Below are positions 55,501 to 64,000 of a stretch of DNA of 64,000 nt, in pieces (position 1 is the first letter of the stretch; every line of letters begins with the position of its first letter). The position numbers and the translations under genes were made by a program. Below the pieces are notes generated by a model, which was not told where the DNA came from, searched no databases, and saw nothing but the letters and a program-made list of their open reading frames with translations. This stretch comes from an uncultured bacterium (GTDB taxonomy: Bacteria; Acidobacteriota; Thermoanaerobaculia; Multivoradales; JAHZIX01). The stretch spans positions 1 to 64,000 of the forward strand of contig CBDUPA010000012.1 of the NCBI GenBank assembly GCA_965368975.1. The letters run 5' to 3'.

Positions 55501-55644
55501 GAGCAGAACGAAGAGATCTACCTGCGCTACATGAACACTCCGGAATTCCAGCGCGAGATCAACAGGCTGCTGGCCGCCCAGGTCTACCGTCGCTTGCGAC
55601 GCGACGACGCGACGGCGGCTGGCGGCACACGGCGGTGCGCCTGA
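52564..55644 (+). CDS. hsdR: Type I RM restriction subunit R
   Basis: DMVLSVNGLPLVTLELKN, HSAGSGKSNT, IDEAHSSQ, FTATPK, KYQTGFDQP, AVQTLSRLNR. Confidence 0.95.
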   Translation: MTRHTEAAFEAVIEKNFLDHGYAEIPPGPDSYDAEIALFPRVVLDFIQDTQPTTWSKLQALHGDKTGKQVLDALVKWLRDHGALSTLRHGFKCYGKKLRLAYFKAAHGMNPQLEELYAKNRVGVTRQLRYSARSRDSLDMVLSVNGLPLVTLELKNPLTGQGFEDAKTQYKRDRDPRELIFEFQRRTLVHFAVDTEQVAMATRLAREATYFLPFNKGHDGGAGNPPNSRDYRTAYLWRDVLQRDSLLDLLARFIHLQVDEKRDDAGCKVKKETMIFPRYHQLRAVRKLVRLAREEGVGHNYLVEHSAGSGKSNTIAWLSHRLASLHDVQDERVFDSVIVVTDRRVLDRQLQDTIYQFEHKRGVVQKIDRDSRQLAEALESAVPIIITTLQKFPFVSKKLVELAEKRGEAASGVLPTRRCAVVIDEAHSSQGGDAATDLREVLGGEQLRTEARRAAREEVEEGVESEAGLDSQAMEELFRSMAKRGRQANLCFFAFTATPKHKTLKVFGRDGEPVDRYTMRQAIEEEFILDVLQHYTTYKTYYGLLKASEDDPEVERKKAARALARFLKLHPHNIAQKTAIMVEHFEKSTRHRIGGRAKAMVVTGSRLEAVRYKQHFDKYIRAKNYAIQSLVAFSGTVVDDVDESVTYTEESMNFGVRDKELPEVFATPEFQVLLVAEKYQTGFDQPLLHTMFVDKRLAGIQAVQTLSRLNRTHPLKEDTFVLDFVNERDDIRAAFKQFYEGALLGDEVEPERMYQLKAELDASGIYLHEELDAFCAVYFKSKRRQSEKDHKAINAALGLAVGRFEGFYREEEEEAEIWRGKLGAFCNLYAFLSQVIPYQDSDLEKTYVFLRHLSSKLPRRAAGPAYQFDDEVRLEYYRLQKIAEGSISLSEGEAAPLDGPSEVGSGLPRREDVPLSRLIDVLNERFGTDFNEADQLFFEQIEETAAGDEHLRQAAVVNPQDKFELVFQQRVEGLFEERMEQNEEIYLRYMNTPEFQREINRLLAAQVYRRLRRDDATAAGGTRRCA

Positions 55645-55745
55645 AGCCGGACTCGGACGACCCGTCGTTCCAGCCGATCGAGCTACGGCCCGAACAGGCC
55701 GAGGAACTGGCGATCGTCGCCGAGCTGGTCGAAGTGCTGGGCTGA
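55611..55745 (+). pseudogene. Start-less C-terminal gene remnant overlapping the hsdR end
   Basis: Frame from 55611 reads DGGWRHTAVRLKPDSDDPSFQPIELRPEQAEELAIVAELVEVLG*, resembling S24/LexA-like C-terminal tails of defence-island helicase/nuclease proteins (recalled, not searched). Confidence 0.6.
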
Positions 55746-55755
55746 GCAGCGCCGA

Positions 55756-57126
55756 CTAACCCGCCGCTCCTACCACGACGCACACCGCCGTCTGGTCATC
55801 CTCCGGAGGCTCGTCGTTGCCCTGGTGCTCCTGCACCAGCTGGAACAGACTCTCGACGTACTGCTCCGGATCGAGCGTGCCCTTCGAGGCGCGGACGGCG
55901 TCGCGGAAGTGGCTCTGGACGCGGCCCAGGCCCAACTCAGGGCCTCGGTTGGGGCCGAAGTAGTCTTCCTCGGCCTTGGCCGCTTCGACCAGTCCATCAG
56001 TGAGCAGCAGGAGCGCGTCACCGGGGGCGAGGTCGCGTTCGATTGTTCTGTAGTGGGCCTTGCCGGTGAGTCCCAGGCCCAGGGCGCCAGCCTTGACGCG
56101 CTCGACGGTGTTGCTGCGGGTGCTGTAGTGCAGCAGTGGTAGGTGCCCGGCGTCGACGACTTCGGCGTAGGTGCGATCCTCGCGGACGTGCAGACGCACG
56201 GCGCATAGGGTGGCGTACATTTGCTTGGTGGAGTGCGCGTGTAGGTTGCGGTCGAGGGCGGCGGTGAGAGTGTGCAGGTTGGCTCGGTGGTGGACTTCCG
56301 CCTGCAGGGCGCCCTTGAGCAGCGCCATCAGCAGGCCAGCGCCGGTGCCGTGACCGCTGACGTCGCTGACCGCGGCGATCAGGCGCACATCTTCGCCCTC
56401 GTCCGGTTCCAGCTCGACGACATCGAAACCGTCGCCGCCGACCTCCAGAGCCAGCCGGCTGCGGGCATAGACGCGCAACGGGCCGTGCTCGAGTGACACG
56501 GGCGGAATCAGGCGGTCTTGGATCTGGCCGGCGAGTTCCAGGTCGAGTTCGCGGCGGGCGGCGGTGGTGTGCAGGCGGCGGGTGATGCGGACGATCCAGC
56601 GCAGGCTGACCGTGATGGCGATGACCACTAGGGGGCCGCTTGCAACCGCCCAAGCACCTACCGTACGCAGGGTGTCTACGGCTACGTCGTTGCCCAGGAC
56701 TTCGATGCTGGGCACGGGCGCCGGGGGCTCCTCGACGGGGTCTGCTGACATCTCTCGCTGCTTGCGCTGGTAGGCAAGAACGCTGCTCAGGATGACTCCG
56801 GCCGAGAACAAGGTTCCGGCCACGATCCAAGAGATCCTGGCGGCGTGTCGCTGCGCCTTGGGGAAGAGGATGAACCAGACGTAGAAGCTACTGACGTAGG
56901 AGGACACGACGATCAGCACGATCGTGGCGAGTTGTGCCCGAGGAACCGGCGGTACGAAGTAGAGCGCCGTCGGAATCGCGGCTGCCGCCATGACCGTGAC
57001 GAACAGCAAGAAGGCGAAGGTAGCGCGTAGGCGGTCCGCCAGGCGCAAATGGTAGAAGGCCTCGTAGTCGTCCTCGGTGAAGCCTAGAAAGTCCACCCGC
57101 AGATAGTGGCCCCAGCTTTTCTTCAT
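55756..57126 (-). CDS. Membrane-bound PP2C/SpoIIE (RsbU-like) phosphatase
   Basis: About four TM segments; EVGGDGFD, SDVSGHG, AGHLP, LTDGLVEA, EDDQT. Confidence 0.9.
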   Translation of the reverse strand: MKKSWGHYLRVDFLGFTEDDYEAFYHLRLADRLRATFAFLLFVTVMAAAAIPTALYFVPPVPRAQLATIVLIVVSSYVSSFYVWFILFPKAQRHAARISWIVAGTLFSAGVILSSVLAYQRKQREMSADPVEEPPAPVPSIEVLGNDVAVDTLRTVGAWAVASGPLVVIAITVSLRWIVRITRRLHTTAARRELDLELAGQIQDRLIPPVSLEHGPLRVYARSRLALEVGGDGFDVVELEPDEGEDVRLIAAVSDVSGHGTGAGLLMALLKGALQAEVHHRANLHTLTAALDRNLHAHSTKQMYATLCAVRLHVREDRTYAEVVDAGHLPLLHYSTRSNTVERVKAGALGLGLTGKAHYRTIERDLAPGDALLLLTDGLVEAAKAEEDYFGPNRGPELGLGRVQSHFRDAVRASKGTLDPEQYVESLFQLVQEHQGNDEPPEDDQTAVCVVVGAAG

Positions 57127-57139
57127 CTCTTGAGATTCC

Positions 57140-60685
<3,546 letters not shown>

Positions 60686-60806
60686 GGGGTGTCGAGGCTC
60701 CGGTGGCGTGGGTGGAGGAGTGGTTGCCGAATCAGGGATTCGGGAGAGGTAAGGCTACCGGATTTGGGGGGATGGCGGCTAGGGAGGGGGGGGAGCTAGC
60801 AACCGG

Positions 60807-60833
60807 CGGCGGGCCCCGACGCGGAGCCCGCCG
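60807..60833 (-). terminator. GC-rich hairpin just after the small peptide gene
   Basis: Minus strand cggcgggctcc-gcgtc-ggggcccgccg (11-bp stem with one G-U pair), 9 nt after the stop; no U-tract. Confidence 0.55.
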
Positions 60834-60842
60834 AGCGTCACA

Positions 60843-60998
60843 TCAGTACACCGTGCTCATGCACGCTTCCGCGTCCGAGCAGGTACCGATCGGGGTCGTC
60901 GGCAGGGCGCCTTGGACTTCGATCAGCTCGTTTTCGGACAGCTTGCGCAAGGTTTCGCGGTGCAGTTCGAGCTTGGTGTGCTTCGATTTCGTCCTCAT
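60843..60998 (-). CDS. 51-aa RiPP (lanthipeptide-like) precursor peptide, absent from the ORF track
   Basis: Hand translation MRTKSKHTKLELHRETLRKLSENELIEVQGA-LPTTPIGTCSDAEACMSTVY*. RBS CAGGAGG 5 nt before the ATG, LxLxRx5L leader, ELxxVxGA site, Cys/Ser/Thr-rich core, downstream hairpin. Confidence 0.8.
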   Translation of the reverse strand: MRTKSKHTKLELHRETLRKLSENELIEVQGALPTTPIGTCSDAEACMSTVY

Positions 60999-61197
60999 GA
61001 CGTCCTCCTGTGGACAGATGGTTGGAACGGAGATGAGCCGAATGCTATCACCGCGGAAGCGACGGCTCTGACGGTCGAAGGTGGGGGGCGCAAGGAGTCT
61101 CGCTTGAATCCGGGGCTACCGTCGGGTTCTCGAGGCTCTGGAGCGGCCCGCGCCTCGAGGTGAAGAGAGAGGTCGCGGACTGATAGGCTGCGACGTC

Positions 61198-62121
61198 ATG
61201 TCCACCACCACCCCCGTCATCCAGGCGACCGACCTGCGCAAGACCTATGGCAAGCTCGTCGCCGTCGACGGTGTGTCGTTCGAGGTCTACGAGGGCGAGA
61301 TCTTCGGCCTGATCGGCCCCAACGGGGCTGGCAAGACGACGACGATGGAGTGCATCGAGGGTATCCGCAAGCCGGACAGCGGCTCGGTCTCGGTGCTCTC
61401 GCTCGACCCGTGGCAGGACGCGCGGGCGGTGCAGAATCGCATCGGTGTGCAGTTGCAGCAGGCGCAGTTGCAGAAGCGGATCAAGGTGTGGGAGGCGATC
61501 GATCTGTGGGCGTCGCTGTACTCGTCGGCGATCGACACCGAAGTGCTGCTGGAGCGATTGGGCCTGACCGCCAAGCGCGACGCCTGGTTCATGACGCTCT
61601 CGGGCGGGCAGAAGCAGCGGCTGTTCATTGCGCTGGCGCTGATCCACGACCCGGAGGTCGTCTTCCTCGACGAACTCACTACCGGCCTCGACCCGCAAGC
61701 GCGGCATGCGATCTGGGATCTGGTGCGCGGGATCAAGGCGCGCGGCCGGACGGTGTTCTTGACCACGCACCTGATGGAGGAGGCGGAGCGGCTGTGCGAT
61801 CGCGTGGCGTTGATCGAGCATGGACGCCTGATCGCCATGGACACGCCGGCCGGCCTGGTGCGGGCGCACTGCCCGCAGCGGACGGTGCGGCTGACCAGCG
61901 ACGTGGTGCGGGCAGAAGACGTCTTCGACGGTATCCCGGGGCTCGACGGGCGGGCGGTCGAAGGGGCAACCTTCACCCTGCGCGGCCGGGGTGACGACTT
62001 CGTCTCGGCGGTGATCCACCGCGTGTCCGAGCACTCGATCCGGGTGCGCGACTTCCACACCGAGCTGCCGTCGCTCGAGGATGTCTTCCTGAAACTGACC
62101 GGCCGGTCGATTCGGGACTAG
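61198..62121 (+). CDS. ABC-2-type exporter ATP-binding subunit
   Basis: GPNGAGKTT, LSGGQKQR, FLDELTTGLDP, LTTHLMEEAE. Confidence 0.93.
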   Translation: MSTTTPVIQATDLRKTYGKLVAVDGVSFEVYEGEIFGLIGPNGAGKTTTMECIEGIRKPDSGSVSVLSLDPWQDARAVQNRIGVQLQQAQLQKRIKVWEAIDLWASLYSSAIDTEVLLERLGLTAKRDAWFMTLSGGQKQRLFIALALIHDPEVVFLDELTTGLDPQARHAIWDLVRGIKARGRTVFLTTHLMEEAERLCDRVALIEHGRLIAMDTPAGLVRAHCPQRTVRLTSDVVRAEDVFDGIPGLDGRAVEGATFTLRGRGDDFVSAVIHRVSEHSIRVRDFHTELPSLEDVFLKLTGRSIRD

Positions 62122-62139
62122 GGAAGGGCCAGGGAATCC

Positions 62140-62886
62140 ATGCTACGAGGTTTGCTGCAACTCACCTGGGTCGAGATCAAGGTCTTCCTGCGCGAGCCGA
62201 TGGGCGCCATCGGCACCATTGCCATCCCGGTCGGCGTCTTCTTGATCCTCGGCAAGCTCTTCCAGAAGCGTGCCGACGTCAATCCCCAGGTCGCCGAATT
62301 CGTGGCCACCGGCCTGCCCGTGTTCGCCACTATCCTGATCGCGCTGAGCAACGTGCTGTCGCTGATCGCCATCATCTCGATCTACCGCGAAGGCGGCATC
62401 CTCAAGCGCTTGCGTGCCACGCCGCTGCAACCGCAGACCATCCTCACCGCGCACGTCATCGTCAAGCTGCTGCTCACCACCGCCACGCTGATCCTGCTGG
62501 TGATGGCGGGCAAGACCTTCTACCAGGGCGAGCTGCAGGTCCACCCGCTCAGCTTTGCGCTGGCGATGCTGGTCAGCATGGTGAGCATCTTGTCGATCGG
62601 CTTCGTCATCGCCAGCCTGGTGCCTACGGCCCGCTTCGCGCAGCCGGTCGGGGCGATGACGCTCTACCCGATGCTCGGCTTCTCGGGTCTGTTCGTTCCC
62701 CTCGACCGCTTCCCTGAGTCAATCCAGACCTTCGCCAACTTCCTGCCGCTGACCCATGCCACCCAGCTGCTGGAGGGGATCTGGACCGGCGGCGCCTGGG
62801 CGGACCACGGTTGGAACGTCGCGGCGCTGGCGATCAACTTTGTGGTCTGCGTCGCGGTGGCGGGGAAGGTGTTTCGCTGGGAGTAG
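62140..62886 (+). CDS. ABC-2-type exporter permease
   Basis: Six TM segments; YREGGILKRLRATPL, FLPLTHA, terminal FRWE. Confidence 0.92.
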   Translation: MLRGLLQLTWVEIKVFLREPMGAIGTIAIPVGVFLILGKLFQKRADVNPQVAEFVATGLPVFATILIALSNVLSLIAIISIYREGGILKRLRATPLQPQTILTAHVIVKLLLTTATLILLVMAGKTFYQGELQVHPLSFALAMLVSMVSILSIGFVIASLVPTARFAQPVGAMTLYPMLGFSGLFVPLDRFPESIQTFANFLPLTHATQLLEGIWTGGAWADHGWNVAALAINFVVCVAVAGKVFRWE

Positions 62887-62977
62887 GTCGGTATACTGAT
62901 CGAACCCACTTGCTCGAAGCGCCATTTGCTCGAAAAACCACTGCTACATCTGCTCGTTCGTAAGTCAGGAGTCCAGT

Positions 62978-63199
62978 ATGAAATCGATCCGCAACAAGAC
63001 CAACGGCCCCGTCCGTGTACCGCTGCCCAAGGGCAAGACGCTCTTCCTGAGCTTCAACGAGGTCGCAAACATTTCCGTCCACGACGCCGATCATCCGCCG
63101 CTCAAGAAGCTGATCGAGGAGGGCAAGGTCCAGTTGCTGGAAGACTCCGGCAACGAGGCCATCCCGGACGCGGGGCGCAAGCTGCCGTTCGGGGGGTAG
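62978..63199 (+). CDS. Small hypothetical protein (73 aa)
   Basis: RBS AGGAG, GC3-rich codons, protein-like sequence MKSIRNKTNGPVRVPLPKGK... Confidence 0.7.
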   Translation: MKSIRNKTNGPVRVPLPKGKTLFLSFNEVANISVHDADHPPLKKLIEEGKVQLLEDSGNEAIPDAGRKLPFGG

Positions 63200-63205
63200 G
63201 TACGA

Positions 63206-64000
63206 CTAATACCGTCGACGCAGCTTCAAGCTCCCTAGCTCCCGCGTGACGCTGAACATCTCCGCGAGCACTCGCGCGAACGGACTGCTCGCCGCCGGCT
63301 CTTCGTTGATCGTTTCGACATCGATGCTCTTTCTCGGTCCGACGTCGCGGCCGAGGAGCACCTTGAGGAACTCCAGGTACTCTGCCAGCTGTGGGTGATC
63401 CGGGCTGACCTTGATCTCCAGGTCTTTGCCGCCGCGCTGGGCGAGGACGACGGGCTCGGTGCCGTGGAAGGAGAGGTAGGTCGTGGCGCGGCGCGCTGGG
63501 TAGACTTTCTTCAGTGGCTCCAGATCCAGCCCGCAGGGCGACGCCGGGTCGGTGGCGACGAGCCAGTAGATGGCATCTTGCGCCAGACCCTCGGGCTCTC
63601 GGCATTCGCGCAGGCGACGGAAGGCGGTGTGGGAGATGAATTGCAGGCCGGGAATGTCGGCGAAGAAGTGGCCGGCCAGGATCTCACCGGAGAGTTCCAT
63701 CAGACGTAGGGCGCGGAAGAGCCTGGACCACTGCAGGGCGGGCAGTTCGCGCGTCAGCAGCTGACGGCACAGCAGGCCGTAGCGTTCGAGCAGCAGGCGC
63801 ACGCGATCTTTGTTCAGTTCTTCGCGGTCGAGGACGTCGAGATCGTCGAGGTCGGCGGCGGTGGGCAGACGGATCCAATGACCGGGGGTGGTGGCGGCGT
63901 TGGCGCTGCCTCCCACCAAGCTGGATTGCCAGCCGGCGAGCGGGCGTCGACGCAGGCCGCGACGGGCGCTACGCGGGGTGCTGGCGACGCTGCGCGCGGG
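63206..64000 (-). CDS. C-terminal part of an Lhr-family DEAD/DEAH helicase (5' end outside the window)
   Basis: LLERYGLLCR, LRLMELSGEILAGHFF..PGLQF, ATDPAS; frame open to 64000. Confidence 0.8.
   Translation of the reverse strand, partial: PARSVASTPRSARRGLRRRPLAGWQSSLVGGSANAATTPGHWIRLPTAADLDDLDVLDREELNKDRVRLLLERYGLLCRQLLTRELPALQWSRLFRALRLMELSGEILAGHFFADIPGLQFISHTAFRRLRECREPEGLAQDAIYWLVATDPASPCGLDLEPLKKVYPARRATTYLSFHGTEPVVLAQRGGKDLEIKVSPDHPQLAEYLEFLKVLLGRDVGPRKSIDVETINEEPAASSPFARVLAEMFSVTRELGSLKLRRRY

Noticed and set aside
44064-55755. Calling the defence block a defined mobile element
   Set aside because: No integrase, transposase, tRNA or flanking direct repeats were found by eye; only compositional shifts and scars.
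60686-60842. Possible T-box riboswitch upstream of ileS
   Set aside because: No T-box consensus (GGTGGxACCGCG) on the minus strand; the hairpin is better explained by the upstream peptide gene.

Overview
Very GC-rich bacterial DNA. The gene repertoire (ADOP-type permease, Oar-like TonB receptor, TPR/UnbV/sulfatase lipoproteins, IPTL-CTERM-like protein) suggests Acidobacteriota, possibly Thermoanaerobaculia-like; this is an inference. (1) 1-33.9 kb is the 3' part of an NRPS operon that runs off the left edge: I-A(Asp)-T-C | TauD/SyrP beta-hydroxylase | I-A[FkbM O-MT]-T-C | second beta-hydroxylase | I-A(His)-T-C-A(Thr)-T-(C-A(aliphatic)-T)x3-TE. It is followed by a SyrD/PvdE-type exporter and a coupled ADOP permease. 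Three consecutive split, interface-domain modules predict a beta-OH-Asp / beta-OMe-X / beta-OH-His / Thr / aliphatic x3 peptide end. (2) 34-44 kb holds a sigma54-driven TonB receptor, TPR and UnbV lipoproteins, a DUF433/DUF5615 toxin-antitoxin pair and a sulfatase-like TPR protein. (3) 44-55.7 kb is a defence-island-like block: membrane patatin, type I RM with mosaic hsdS, an internally deleted Schlafen/AlbA_2 gene and a gene remnant at the hsdR end. (4) 55.7-64 kb holds a PP2C phosphatase, a GVHH-motif IleRS2, an unannotated 51-aa orphan RiPP (lanthipeptide-like) precursor, an ABC-2 transporter and the end of an Lhr helicase. All family and substrate calls come from motif reading by eye; no searches were run, and domain boundaries are approximate.
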